Shown here piece by piece: positions 10,107-20,596 of a DNA stretch of 64,000 nt. Both the position numbers and the translations under genes were made by a program. Within the stretch, counting starts at the first letter, position 1; every line of letters begins with the position of its first letter. The notes beneath the pieces are model-generated. The model did no database searches and was not told where the DNA came from. It was given only the letters and a program-made list of their open reading frames with translations. The stretch spans positions 1 through 64,000 of the IMG/VR virus record IMGVR_UViG_3300006841_000093; one strand, 5' to 3'. The DNA comes from a virus.

Positions 10107-10164
10107 GTTTACTAAATAATAACAATAGTAAACACTCTAAAGTAACAGATACAGGAGACCCTAC

Positions 10165-11361
10165 ATGTCTGAAGAAATTTTGAACAAAGAGTCTGAAGAA
10201 ATGACAGAAGAAGAACTAGCTGAAAAGCGCAGAGCTGCTGCTGAACAAGATTCTTCAGACGAAGAAGAAGATGAAGAAGAAGTAGAAGAAAGTAAATCTT
10301 CTAAAGCTTCTGTGAAAAAAGAAGAAGAGGAAGAAGACGATGAAGAGGAAGTAGAAGAACAAAAAGCTTCCGTTAAAAAAGAAGAAGATGAGGAGGAAGA
10401 AGAGGAGGAAGAAGAACCCGCCGCTGAAGCCGTCCAAATCCCTAAGACTAAGAATCAAATGTTGAAAAACATTTATGATCAAGTCAATAAAATGAAAAAG
10501 TCTGACCTTTCAGGTAAATACGAATCTATCTTAAAAGCTACTCAAGAAGTAGTTAAAGAAGAGGAAGTCAAAGAAGAAGCAGAAACTACTAAGATTCAAG
10601 CTATTTCACCTCAAGAAATTGATCCCCCTAACGTTCAAGATGATGTAGAAGCGTTAGTTAGTGGAGAAGAGGGGCTTTCTGAAGATTTCAAGAAGAAAGC
10701 ATCTACAATTTTTGAAGCTGCTGTTCATGCAAAAGTTGTTGACGAAGTTAACAAACGTATGGAAGAGCAATCAAAAGAGGTTGACGCTTCTAAAGATGAA
10801 TTTCAAAAAGAACTTACTGAAAAAGTCGATGGATATCTCACTTACGTTGTAGAAGAGTGGATGAAGGAAAATGAATTGGCAATCGAAAGAGGAATTCGTT
10901 CCGAATTGGTTGAAGATTTCATGTCCGGACTCAAAACTCTTTTCACAGAGCATTACATTGACCTTCCAGAAGAGAAAGTTGACATGGTTGACGACTTATT
11001 CACAAAAGTCGAAGAACTTGAAGGCTCTCTGGATGAAGAAATTAATCGTGGAGTAGAACTCCAGAAAGAATTGGCTCAGTACAAAAAAACCGATGCCCTT
11101 AAATCAGCAACTAAAGATTTGGCCGATACAGATTCGGAGAAAATTGAGAAGTTAGCAGAAGGTATCGAATTTGAAAATACAGAGCAATACATTGAAAAAT
11201 TGAATGTTCTCAAGGAAAGTTATTTTCCTAAGTCTGATGCAGTGACCTCAGAAATTACTGAAACAGATGAAACAATCGAAGTTCAAAGTGAGGAAACTCC
11301 TGAGAAATTAGATGAGAGCATGGAACATTATACTTCAGCGATCCGTCGCTATAATTCTTAA
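10165..11361 (+). CDS. gp22: Prohead core scaffolding protein
   Basis: 'LSEDFKKKASTIFEAAV', 'YVVEEWMKENELAIERGIRSE', 'KESYF'; between gp21 and gp23. Confidence 0.93.
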   Translation: MSEEILNKESEEMTEEELAEKRRAAAEQDSSDEEEDEEEVEESKSSKASVKKEEEEEDDEEEVEEQKASVKKEEDEEEEEEEEEPAAEAVQIPKTKNQMLKNIYDQVNKMKKSDLSGKYESILKATQEVVKEEEVKEEAETTKIQAISPQEIDPPNVQDDVEALVSGEEGLSEDFKKKASTIFEAAVHAKVVDEVNKRMEEQSKEVDASKDEFQKELTEKVDGYLTYVVEEWMKENELAIERGIRSELVEDFMSGLKTLFTEHYIDLPEEKVDMVDDLFTKVEELEGSLDEEINRGVELQKELAQYKKTDALKSATKDLADTDSEKIEKLAEGIEFENTEQYIEKLNVLKESYFPKSDAVTSEITETDETIEVQSEETPEKLDESMEHYTSAIRRYNS

Positions 11362-11387
11362 TTTATATAACCCTATAGGAGAAAACT

Positions 11388-12668
11388 ATGTACCTAGCTG
11401 AAAACCTACAAAAGAAGTGGGGACCAGTCTTAGAGCACGAAGACCTTCCTAAGATTAAAGATAACTACCGCAAGGCCGTTACTGCAGTTCTCTTGGAAAA
11501 CCAAGAAACCGCAATGAAGGAACAGTCTCAACAAGGTAGTGGAGTCTTTATGACAGAGGCGGCTCACGCTAATAAGACCGGCGGTAATATCGATACCGTT
11601 GATCCCGTTTTGATTTCGTTGGTTCGTAGAGCTATGCCTAATCTTATCGCCTATGATGTTTGTGGTGTTCAACCAATGACTGGTCCTACCGGACTGATCT
11701 TTGCAATGAAATCACATATTACATCACAGGCCGGTGTTGAAGCGGCTGACTCTAAAGAAGCCGACACTTCTTTCTCTGGTAGTGGAACTCATTCCGCTAA
11801 CAGTAACCCCGCAGATGCCAGCATGACTACTGGTACTGGTACCGCTACAGCAACACAAGAAGCTGACGTTACCATTTCAGAGATGGCATTCGCAATCGAT
11901 AAAGTAACTGTAACCGCTAAGTCAAGAGCTCTGAAGGCCGAGTACACAGTAGAACTCGCCCAAGATCTTAAGGCCGTTCATGGTTTGGATGCAGAAACTG
12001 AGCTGTCAAATATTCTGTCAAGTGAAATCTTGGCTGAAATTAACCGCGAAGTTATGAGAACAATCTACACCAACGCTAAAACTGGTGCAGCTCATAATAC
12101 TACATCCGCAGGAACTTTTGACCTTGATACTGACTCTAATGGACGTTGGTCTGTTGAGAAGTTCAAAGGTTTGATGTTCCAGATTGAACGTGAAGCTAAC
12201 GCAATTGCTAAAGACACTCGCCGAGGTAAAGGTAATGTCTTGATTACATCTTCTGATGTAGCATCCGCATTGGCTATGGCCGGTCAACTTTCCGGAGCAC
12301 CTTCTGGAAACGATTTTGACCCAGATGACACAGGTTCAACTATGGTTGGAACTCTTAATGGTCGATTTAAAGTCTATGTTGATCCATATGCACCATCCGC
12401 TGCAACTAACTATTTCACAGTTGGTTACAAAGGTTCAAGTGCTTATGACGCCGGACTTTTCTATTGTCCTTATGTTCCATTACAGATGGTTCGTGCAGTT
12501 GGTGAGAACTCATTTCAACCGAAAATTGGTTTCAAGACTCGTTATGGTCTGGTTTCCAATCCTTTCGCAAACGAAACTGGATCCGCAAATAACGGAGCCG
12601 GTGATGGTTCACTTACTGCTAACGCTAACCGCTATTACAGGCACGTTATCGTTGCAAACCTTATGTAA
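11388..12668 (+). CDS. gp23: Major capsid protein
   Basis: 'DPVLISLVRRAMPNLIAYDVCGVQPMTGPTGLIFAM', 'AGLFYCPYVPLQM', 'FQPKIGFKTRYG'. Confidence 0.99.
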   Translation: MYLAENLQKKWGPVLEHEDLPKIKDNYRKAVTAVLLENQETAMKEQSQQGSGVFMTEAAHANKTGGNIDTVDPVLISLVRRAMPNLIAYDVCGVQPMTGPTGLIFAMKSHITSQAGVEAADSKEADTSFSGSGTHSANSNPADASMTTGTGTATATQEADVTISEMAFAIDKVTVTAKSRALKAEYTVELAQDLKAVHGLDAETELSNILSSEILAEINREVMRTIYTNAKTGAAHNTTSAGTFDLDTDSNGRWSVEKFKGLMFQIEREANAIAKDTRRGKGNVLITSSDVASALAMAGQLSGAPSGNDFDPDDTGSTMVGTLNGRFKVYVDPYAPSAATNYFTVGYKGSSAYDAGLFYCPYVPLQMVRAVGENSFQPKIGFKTRYGLVSNPFANETGSANNGAGDGSLTANANRYYRHVIVANLM

Positions 12669-12693
12669 TCCTTTATCTAAGGATGAACTTAAA

Positions 12694-12724
12694 GAAGGGT
12701 GGACTTTTGTTCACCCTTTTTTTT
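12694..12724 (+). terminator. Rho-independent terminator after gp23
   Basis: GAAGGGTG...CACCCTTT stem followed by a long T run. Confidence 0.85.
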
Positions 12725-12731
12725 GTGCTTA

Positions 12732-12759
12732 TTGACATTACTAAATATTAGTGTATAAT
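12732..12759 (+). promoter_or_regulatory. Sigma70-like promoter, TTGACA-N16-TATAAT class
   Basis: TTGACA at 12732-12737, TATAAT at 12754-12759. Confidence 0.75.
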
Positions 12760-12771
12760 GGAGGTAGTGAA

Positions 12772-13572
12772 ATGTTTGAAGGTGATGATGCTCAAGGAAT
12801 TGATAATGTTTTTGTACTAGGGAATGGTCCCAGTAGAAAAAATATAGATCCATCAAAATTAGATGGAACAGTTATAGGATGTAATGCTTGTCATAGAGAC
12901 TTTAATCCCGATGTGATTTGTGCCATAGATGCTGGAATAATAAGTGAAATTATTGATTCAGGATTTGATGGAGATTGTTATTTTACACATAATTCTTGGA
13001 ATTTACTTCCCGCTGAATCTTATGATGCATTAAAATATGGATTGGATGGAAAAGAGAAAGAATCTTACAGAAGATTTGATGATGAATATTTTGTATATAT
13101 TTCCGGACTAGATGAAAACTGTTCAGGCACAGAAAATTATATTATTTGGTTAAGAAGAGGTAAGGAAGACAAAATTCGTAATATAGGTACTGAAGTGATA
13201 GGATGGTCTACAGGAACTTCAGCTTTACATATTGCGTGTAGGGATTTTACTTGTGAAGATTATGAAAAGGTTTATCTATTAGGTTTTGATCACAAAAATG
13301 ATGAATATGATAATCTTTATGCGAATACCAAACATTATTTCAATAAAGATAGTAAAATTCGCGATGGTTACATACATGAAAATGGAGTTAAAACAATAAG
13401 ACAAGGAAATGAAAAAACTAAAGGTTGGATTGATGTTCATCAAAGTTGGACAGAACAAATTCTTAAAGTTGTTAAAGAACATCCAGCACTACAGTTTATT
13501 TGGGTTAATTATCAAGGAAATAATTTTCCAAATCTACCAAATTTATTTTCAAAGAATGAAAAGGAAATATGA
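12772..13572 (+). CDS. DUF115/MptE-like (GT29-like fold) hypothetical protein
   Basis: 'VFVLGNGPSR...IGCNA...WSTGTSAL...VYLLGFD'; ATG at 12772 has a GGAGG RBS. Confidence 0.6.
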   Translation: MFEGDDAQGIDNVFVLGNGPSRKNIDPSKLDGTVIGCNACHRDFNPDVICAIDAGIISEIIDSGFDGDCYFTHNSWNLLPAESYDALKYGLDGKEKESYRRFDDEYFVYISGLDENCSGTENYIIWLRRGKEDKIRNIGTEVIGWSTGTSALHIACRDFTCEDYEKVYLLGFDHKNDEYDNLYANTKHYFNKDSKIRDGYIHENGVKTIRQGNEKTKGWIDVHQSWTEQILKVVKEHPALQFIWVNYQGNNFPNLPNLFSKNEKEI

Positions 13573-14042
13573 CAAGTTTAACAGAACAACCTAAAAATAT
13601 TAATCCTCTGGCCGATGTTCAGTTTAGATTTGATGTTGCGGCAATACCGAAAACTTCCTTTTTTGTTCAAACAGTTAATTTACCAGGCATAACATTAGAA
13701 GGTGCGGTTATGGCCACACCACAACTTCAAAATTTTACTCGCCATACTGGTATTATAACCTATGAGCCTCTTAATGTAACTTTTATGATTGATGAATATT
13801 TAAAAAATTGGCAAGAAGTTTTTCAATGGATGGTCGGTGAAGAAAACAAATATACAACAGCTGTATTAACTATTTTAAGTAGTTCTATGAATCCCACAAT
13901 GGAATTTCATTTCAAAGATATTTTTCCTACCTCATTATCAGAAGTATCTTTTGACAGTACTACAACAGATCCAGTATATCAAGTAGCAACCGTTAATTTT
14001 AATTATACAGAATATATTATTAAAAATTTATTAAACGATTAA
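13569..14042 (+). CDS. gp3: Tail completion / tube terminator protein
   Basis: 'FFVQTVNLPGITL...YEPLNVTFMIDEYLKNWQEVFQWM...FKDIFPTSLSEVSFD'. Confidence 0.88.
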   Translation: MTSLTEQPKNINPLADVQFRFDVAAIPKTSFFVQTVNLPGITLEGAVMATPQLQNFTRHTGIITYEPLNVTFMIDEYLKNWQEVFQWMVGEENKYTTAVLTILSSSMNPTMEFHFKDIFPTSLSEVSFDSTTTDPVYQVATVNFNYTEYIIKNLLND

Positions 14043-14043
14043 A

Positions 14044-15327
14044 ATGAAACCGATTTCGGGTGAAGATATTTTAAAGGCTTGGAGCAATACCAAGTTAAAA
14101 ACGGGGGTTTACATTCACAGCCCATTTTGTAAAGAGCAATGCACTTATTGTACTTTTAAGGGTACAATGTTTGAAAAGGACGCCTTCCAACGTTATTATT
14201 CAGAATATTTACCAAATCAAATAAAATTTTATGAACCAATATTAAGTTCAGATCATATTCATAGCTATTTTTGGGGCGGTGGAACACCTACATTAATGTC
14301 TGCAGAAATAATGAATAATATATTTGGTCTTATACCCAATTTTAAAGATTGTAACAAAAAGATCATGGAAGTTCACATGTGCGATTGGACTAAAGAAAAA
14401 TTAGATGTTCTGAAAGAATATAATTTTAATACGGTAATAGCTTGTGTACAAAGTTTTGATAGAGAAATAGTTAAACAACAAAAACGTAGAGCACCCAAAA
14501 ATGATGATGTCATTTTTAACTTCTTAGACTATGCAAATTCATTAGGATTATTTATAATGTCAGATGTTATCTTTTTTGACACGGGTAATTTACAAACAGA
14601 TATAAATAGACTTATTTTAGATATACAAAACTTAATAGATCATAATGTATCAGAAATAAGTGTACAGACAATTTTTGATGAAGTGGGAAAATATGATACT
14701 TTAGTTTCTGGGATAGTTAATAAATTTTTGAATGATAATAAACAATATTGTGTGGCAGGCGCCGAAAATCAACAATTCGAAGATTATTTTTGTGATGACA
14801 CAGGAAGAAAATGTAGAAAAGAATTGAAGATGTATAAAAAAGAAATAGATTGGCAAGAAATGTCTTCACAAGATATGTTTCTTGACGGAATAATGACTAG
14901 TACTCCTATGATTATAACGACAAATTATAATGTATTGGGAATAGGATCTTATAAAAATCATAAATATACATTTTCTAGAATAGGTGATCAACTAGAATAC
15001 ATTGAAGATGGTGATACTTATAATCCTAAATGGATGTGTACTTATGATAAAAAAGATTGGTCTATAAAAAAACTGATAGCAGAGTTTTTTGAATCATTGG
15101 AAGAACATGGTTTAGGTGATCTTCCAGATGGAATAGATATTTACTTCAGCACGTATGTTGCTCAAGATGATGAAGATGATAGCAGAAAGAAAAGAGTTAA
15201 AAGAGTATTATTACCACGTTTTACATATTTGAGGAATGATATAGATCCTATTATTACAATTTATGATTATGTACCCAAATTAGAAAACTTTATTAATAAT
15301 GTATGGAATGAAAAATATAAAGAATAA
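14044..15327 (+). CDS. HemN/HemW-like radical SAM protein
   Basis: 'VYIHSPFCKEQCTYCTF' (CxxxCxxC) and 'WGGGTPT'. Confidence 0.8.
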   Translation: MKPISGEDILKAWSNTKLKTGVYIHSPFCKEQCTYCTFKGTMFEKDAFQRYYSEYLPNQIKFYEPILSSDHIHSYFWGGGTPTLMSAEIMNNIFGLIPNFKDCNKKIMEVHMCDWTKEKLDVLKEYNFNTVIACVQSFDREIVKQQKRRAPKNDDVIFNFLDYANSLGLFIMSDVIFFDTGNLQTDINRLILDIQNLIDHNVSEISVQTIFDEVGKYDTLVSGIVNKFLNDNKQYCVAGAENQQFEDYFCDDTGRKCRKELKMYKKEIDWQEMSSQDMFLDGIMTSTPMIITTNYNVLGIGSYKNHKYTFSRIGDQLEYIEDGDTYNPKWMCTYDKKDWSIKKLIAEFFESLEEHGLGDLPDGIDIYFSTYVAQDDEDDSRKKRVKRVLLPRFTYLRNDIDPIITIYDYVPKLENFINNVWNEKYKE

Positions 15328-15907
15328 TTTTGTGAATTTATTATGGTTATTTAATTCGCCCAGAGAAACAAGAGATATAATCCGATTAGATTTACATGAA
15401 GCAGGATTGTTATATAAGTATGCGGCTCAGCAATGGACAAGAATGCCCAAAGATGAACATGGTAATATTATATTAGAGATTGGTAGATATTGGGGAGGAT
15501 CAACAGTTTTACTCGCAATGGCTACTCATGATACCAAAGTAAAAGTAGTTTCAGTTGATGTAGTTGAGGGGTGTCATGACCCTGATGCAGATGATTGGTT
15601 GAATGAATATGAAGAAAAACACCGAATAGATATTAGAGTAGACAATTCGTGGGCAATGGAAAATATACCATTGTGTATGTTATTTGTTGATGGTGATCAT
15701 TCGTATGAAGGTGTTAAAAAAGATTTAATACATCATTGGAATTATTTGAATGGTCCGTGTTTAGCACATGATTATACTGATCCAACTTGTAGGGGTGTGA
15801 CACAATTTATAGATGAGTGGATTGAAGATGGTTATGCAGAAATAATTGAACAGGTAGGTACGATGGTTGCCCTTAAAAAATTAAAAGATTATGAAATTAA
15901 CAAGTGA
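15308..15907 (+). CDS. Class I SAM-dependent methyltransferase (Methyltransf_24-like)
   Basis: 'ILEIGRYWGGST...LFVDGDHSYEGVKKD...HDY'. Confidence 0.85.
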   Translation: MKNIKNNFVNLLWLFNSPRETRDIIRLDLHEAGLLYKYAAQQWTRMPKDEHGNIILEIGRYWGGSTVLLAMATHDTKVKVVSVDVVEGCHDPDADDWLNEYEEKHRIDIRVDNSWAMENIPLCMLFVDGDHSYEGVKKDLIHHWNYLNGPCLAHDYTDPTCRGVTQFIDEWIEDGYAEIIEQVGTMVALKKLKDYEINK

Positions 15908-16631
15908 TAAAAGAATATGGATTCCCGATGATGAAGATTGGTATAAATGGGGTGGAGATTATGAACAGACTCAATTCAATGAGGTGATGCCCCACATATC
16001 TAATCGAGATGTGGCACTTGATATTGGAGCACATGTAGGTATTTGGACTAGAAGGTTAGCACAAAATTTTAAAAGAGTCTATGCATTTGAACCCGTTCCC
16101 AAACATATAGAATGTTGGAAAAAAAATATGGAGAGTTTTATTAAAGATAATTCTGATTGGGGTAACATTAGTACTCTAGAGACAGTAGCACTTGGGCATG
16201 AGAATGGTACTGCTACAATGAAAGTACCAAATACTACCAATACTGGAATGGCATCACTTGTACATGAACCTAAACAAAAGACAGGTGACAGATGGGTACA
16301 ACCCGAATGGGAAAATTTTCCAAAAATACAAGTTAAAACAAAAACGTTGGATAGTTATAACTTTAATCAACTTGATTTTATAAAAATAGATGTTGAATGG
16401 TTTGAACTTAGAGTTTTACAAGGAGCTGAAAATACAATAAGAAAACATAAACCTATCATGTATATAGAGATGAGTGATTCTGAAGCTTATACCTATATAA
16501 AAGATTTAGATCTTGGTTATAGGAGTCTTTATGCTCATGGTGCAGATCGTTTATATAAGGTAGATACAAGCCATGAATGGAAGCAACACATAAAAAAGAT
16601 TGATAATTTGAAAGATATATTGAATAAATGA
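15891..16631 (+). CDS. FkbM-family methyltransferase
   Basis: 'ALDIGAHVGIW...AFEP...TLDSY...DFIKIDVE..ELRVLQGA'. Confidence 0.9.
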   Translation: MKLTSDKRIWIPDDEDWYKWGGDYEQTQFNEVMPHISNRDVALDIGAHVGIWTRRLAQNFKRVYAFEPVPKHIECWKKNMESFIKDNSDWGNISTLETVALGHENGTATMKVPNTTNTGMASLVHEPKQKTGDRWVQPEWENFPKIQVKTKTLDSYNFNQLDFIKIDVEWFELRVLQGAENTIRKHKPIMYIEMSDSEAYTYIKDLDLGYRSLYAHGADRLYKVDTSHEWKQHIKKIDNLKDILNK

Positions 16632-17062
16632 AATTTGAAGAAATACAGAAATTGTGGTCAGGAGATTGTGAAATTGATGAAACAGAACTATCTCAAGAAT
16701 CTGTTAAAATCCCACAACTACATAACAAATATTTAATTCTCTTTCATGATGAAAGATTGAGACTCCGTACTATGAAGTTTGATCATAGTAAACTTTTAAA
16801 AGTTAAAAGGGAGTATTATTCTGGAAGGATGGATGAAACCGAATTAGAGGCTTATGATTGGGAGCCATTCCAATATAAGTTACTCAAGGCAGATGTACAA
16901 GAGTATATAGATGCTGATGATGACATAATAGAGGGTAAGAAAAAAATATCACTACAAGAAGAAAAGGTGGATTATCTTGAAGCCATAGTAAAGGGATTAT
17001 CGAATAGAGGATATTTAATTAAAAATGCAATCGATTGGAAACGATTCACAGAAGGTCATTGA
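16628..17062 (+). CDS. uvsY: Recombination mediator UvsY
   Basis: 'ESVKIPQLHNKYL...YYSG...YIDADDD...RGYLIKNAIDWKRF'; upstream of uvsW. Confidence 0.9.
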   Translation: MKFEEIQKLWSGDCEIDETELSQESVKIPQLHNKYLILFHDERLRLRTMKFDHSKLLKVKREYYSGRMDETELEAYDWEPFQYKLLKADVQEYIDADDDIIEGKKKISLQEEKVDYLEAIVKGLSNRGYLIKNAIDWKRFTEGH

Positions 17063-18506
17063 AGTAATTGAGGTTACTAAGAAAGATGAAGTATTCCTCA
17101 AAATAAGCTGTGAAGCTGGAGTAGCACAAGAAATTTGTGATTATTTCACATTTACTGTACCGGGCCACACATTCATGCCAGCATATCGTATGAAAATTTG
17201 GGATGGTAAGATAAGATTATTCAATATTCACAATAGGTTACTGTATGGTGGATTACTTGAGTACGTGTTTATCTTTGCGGAGCCCCGAAATTATCGAGTG
17301 GCCCCGATAGGTTTTGATTGGAAACCTAGAAAAATAGCAAAAAATCAAGCTTTCCTTGATGACTTAAAGTTACCTTTTGAACCAAGAGATTATCAATTAG
17401 ATGGATTTCATCATGCCTTATCATACAAAAAAAGTTTATTAGTATCACCTACCGCAAGTGGAAAATCCCTAATCATCTATTTAATTGTACGAGCACTCAA
17501 TGTTAAAACATTAATAATCGTTCCTACCACTTCACTTGTTTCACAATTATATTCAGATTTTCAAGAGTATGGATGGGATTCCGCAAAGTATTGTCATCAA
17601 GTCTATGCCGGACAAGATAAGGTTTCCGATAAACTAGTGGTTATTTCAACGTGGCAATCTATTTACAAACTTAACAAAAAAACATTTGAACCATATAGGT
17701 TAGTGATTGGTGATGAGGCACATGGATTTAAATCTAAATCCCTTACAACTCTTATGACTAAATGTGTGAACGCTGAATATAGAATTGGAACTACAGGAAC
17801 ATTAGATGGAACACAAACACATAAATTAGTACTTGAAGGTTTATTTGGTAAGGTTTATAAAGTTACAACAACTAAAAAGTTGATGGATCGAAAAGAGTTA
17901 TCTTCTTTAAATGTGGAAATTATATTGTTAAAGTATCCTGATGTGATCTGTGAGCAATTTAAACAAATTAAGTATGCAGATGAGATAGAATTCTTGGTAG
18001 GTCATGAGAAAAGGAATAAATATATAAGAAACTTAGTATTGTCTTTGGAAGGTAATACTTTGTTACTCTTTAGATTAGTGAAAAAACATGGACGTATTTT
18101 ATACGATATGATCGAGGAGAAGACAGATGACAATAGGAAGACTTTTTTTGTATTTGGAGGAACAGAAACCGAGACTAGAGAACAGATACGAGCAATCGCA
18201 GAAACAGAACGAGATGCCATCATCGTGGCAAGTTATGGGGTATTCAGTACCGGCATCAACATTAGGAATTTGCATAACATTGTGTTCGCTTCTCCTTCTA
18301 AATCTCGCATACGAAATCTTCAATCGATAGGTCGAGGATTACGATTATCAGATACAACAGATAAAACTACCTTATACGATATAGCAGATGACTTGAGATG
18401 GAAGAATAGAAAAAATTATGCTTATCGCCATCATGAAGATAGATTAAAAATATATGATGAGGAAAAGTTTCCATACAAGATTCACAATATTACATTAAAG
18501 GTATAA
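17025..18506 (+). CDS. uvsW: DNA helicase UvsW (exact start uncertain)
   Basis: 'WDGKIRLF', 'SPTASGKS', 'IGDEAH', 'SKSRIRNLQSIGRGLR'. Confidence 0.96.
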   Translation: MQSIGNDSQKVIEVIEVTKKDEVFLKISCEAGVAQEICDYFTFTVPGHTFMPAYRMKIWDGKIRLFNIHNRLLYGGLLEYVFIFAEPRNYRVAPIGFDWKPRKIAKNQAFLDDLKLPFEPRDYQLDGFHHALSYKKSLLVSPTASGKSLIIYLIVRALNVKTLIIVPTTSLVSQLYSDFQEYGWDSAKYCHQVYAGQDKVSDKLVVISTWQSIYKLNKKTFEPYRLVIGDEAHGFKSKSLTTLMTKCVNAEYRIGTTGTLDGTQTHKLVLEGLFGKVYKVTTTKKLMDRKELSSLNVEIILLKYPDVICEQFKQIKYADEIEFLVGHEKRNKYIRNLVLSLEGNTLLLFRLVKKHGRILYDMIEEKTDDNRKTFFVFGGTETETREQIRAIAETERDAIIVASYGVFSTGINIRNLHNIVFASPSKSRIRNLQSIGRGLRLSDTTDKTTLYDIADDLRWKNRKNYAYRHHEDRLKIYDEEKFPYKIHNITLKV

Positions 18507-18884
18507 ATGGAAAAATTGGATAAAGATAATCTAAAAGTAATTAGATTAGATAATGGTGAAATAATTTTCTCTAAAGTTGTAGTAAATGATAGAAGTAAGG
18601 ATAATGGTTATTTAGAACTTCATTGGCCGATGAAAGTGATGATGAAATTTAATGATGATAAAAGAGAATCACAAATGGCACTACTTAAATGGCTACCCTT
18701 TACAGATACTACATTTGTACCCCTAGCAGCAAGGTGTATTATGTCTGTTTCGGAATTGGGAGAAGATTATCAAGAATTTTATATAAATTCTGTAAAAGAA
18801 GATATGGGACATAATAAAGATCAAGAAATGAACAAAATGACAAAAATATTAGAAGATTTTGAACCTGAAGGATTAATGAACTAA
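18507..18884 (+). CDS. Conserved T4-like hypothetical protein between uvsW and gp55
   Basis: 'KVIRLDNGEIIFS...LLKWLPFT' and conserved synteny. Confidence 0.65.
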   Translation: MEKLDKDNLKVIRLDNGEIIFSKVVVNDRSKDNGYLELHWPMKVMMKFNDDKRESQMALLKWLPFTDTTFVPLAARCIMSVSELGEDYQEFYINSVKEDMGHNKDQEMNKMTKILEDFEPEGLMN

Positions 18885-18886
18885 AC

Positions 18887-18914
18887 TTGACATCTACCAA
18901 ATTTATGATATAAT
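18887..18914 (+). promoter_or_regulatory. Sigma70-like promoter (TTGACA-N16-TATAAT) for gp55
   Basis: TTGACA at 18887, TATAAT at 18909. Confidence 0.8.
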
Positions 18915-18947
18915 AATAATACGACATTAATTGAAATAAAGAATATT

Positions 18948-19526
18948 ATGGCTAAACGAAAATCAAGTAAGAATAAACTACACTATGTGGACAATGCCAA
19001 ATTTTTAGAGGCAATGATTGAATATAAAGCAGAATATGATAATGCACGTAAAAAGAATAAAGAACTTCCTCAAATTTCAGAATATCTAGGTTCAGTATTT
19101 TTAAAGATTGCTCAAAGATTATCATTCAGACCAAACTTCATAAATTATGCATTTAAAAATGATATGATTTCTGATGGAATAGAAAACTGTTTACATTATA
19201 TCCACAATTTCAATCCAGAAAAATCCAACAATCCCTTTGCTTATTTTACTCAAATAATTTATTACGCCTTTATTCGAAGAATTCAAAAAGAGAAAAAACA
19301 GTTATACATAAAATATAAAAGTATGCAAAACTATGAAACAAATCCTAATTATATGGATATTGATCTTAGTGGTGAAGCAAATGAGCATGAAAACATTAAT
19401 GATTATAAAAATTCAGATTTCAAAGTAATAGTTGATGAATTTGTAGATACCTTTGAAAAGAGTAAGAAAAAGAAAGTTACTAAGAAACAAGATACAGCTT
19501 TAGAACTTTTTATGAGTGCAGCATGA
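18948..19526 (+). CDS. gp55: Late transcription sigma factor
   Basis: 'HYVDNAKFLEAM', 'PNFINYAFKNDMISDGIENCL.YIHNFNPEKSNNPFAYFTQI'. Confidence 0.97.
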   Translation: MAKRKSSKNKLHYVDNAKFLEAMIEYKAEYDNARKKNKELPQISEYLGSVFLKIAQRLSFRPNFINYAFKNDMISDGIENCLHYIHNFNPEKSNNPFAYFTQIIYYAFIRRIQKEKKQLYIKYKSMQNYETNPNYMDIDLSGEANEHENINDYKNSDFKVIVDEFVDTFEKSKKKKVTKKQDTALELFMSAA

Positions 19527-20596
19527 AAATAGCTTTAATCACAGATACCCATTGGGGAGCACGTGGAGATAGTCTCACCTTTCTAAATTATTTTAAAAAG
19601 TTTTATGATAATATTTTCTTTCCCTACCTTGAAGAACATAATATCAAAACATTAATTCATTTAGGTGATGTAGTTGATCGTAGAAAATTTATTAACTTCA
19701 AGATACTGAATGATCTACGAACAAATTTTGTTGAACGCCTATGGAAGATGGGAATTGATACACATATCATTATAGGTAATCACGATACTTTCCATAAAAA
19801 TACTAATGAATTAAATTCCATAGAAGAAATATTTACTACACATGAGGGTAAGGTAGAGCCGTGGATGTATTCTTCACCAAAAGAAGTTGATTTTGATGGA
19901 TTGGGTATACTTATGATGCCGTGGATAAATGAAGATAATTATGGTGAGTGTATGAAATCAATTCAGAATACACAATGTCAAATTCTTATGGGTCATCTTG
20001 AAGTAAAAGGATTTGAACAACATATTGGATCATGGAGTCATGAAGGTGTAGAAGCAAAACTCTTTGATAAGTTCGATATGGCTATGAGTGGACATTTTCA
20101 TCACAAGTCTGACAATGGAACAGTTTATTATCTTGGAAATCCTTATGAGATAACATGGAGTGATTATAAGGACGCCAGGGGTTTCCATATCTTTGATACA
20201 GAGACAAGAGAGTTAGAATTCATACAAAACCCCTATAGAATGTTCAGAAAATTTTATTATGATGACAGCGAAGAAACCTTTGAATCATTAACTGAAAAAG
20301 ATTATAGTGAATATGAAAATACACATGTAAAAGTAGTAGTTCAAAAGAAAACAAATCCCTTTTGGTTTGATACTGTATTAGATAAGTTGTATACAGAAAA
20401 TGTAGCTAATTTAGTAGTGGTTGAAGATTTTTCAGATTTGGAGTTTATGGAAGATGATGAATTAATAGATGAAGCACAAGACACCCTAACAATTTTAAGT
20501 AAATATGTAGACTCATTAAACATAGAAAATAAAACTGAATTAAATATGTTGATGAGAAATTTATATAATGAAGCCTTAACTGTGGAGTCAATATGA
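19523..20596 (+). CDS. gp47: Recombination endonuclease subunit (Mre11/SbcD-like)
   Basis: 'ITDTHWG', 'HLGDVVD', 'IGNHD', 'SGHFHH'. Confidence 0.96.
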   Translation: MKIALITDTHWGARGDSLTFLNYFKKFYDNIFFPYLEEHNIKTLIHLGDVVDRRKFINFKILNDLRTNFVERLWKMGIDTHIIIGNHDTFHKNTNELNSIEEIFTTHEGKVEPWMYSSPKEVDFDGLGILMMPWINEDNYGECMKSIQNTQCQILMGHLEVKGFEQHIGSWSHEGVEAKLFDKFDMAMSGHFHHKSDNGTVYYLGNPYEITWSDYKDARGFHIFDTETRELEFIQNPYRMFRKFYYDDSEETFESLTEKDYSEYENTHVKVVVQKKTNPFWFDTVLDKLYTENVANLVVVEDFSDLEFMEDDELIDEAQDTLTILSKYVDSLNIENKTELNMLMRNLYNEALTVESI

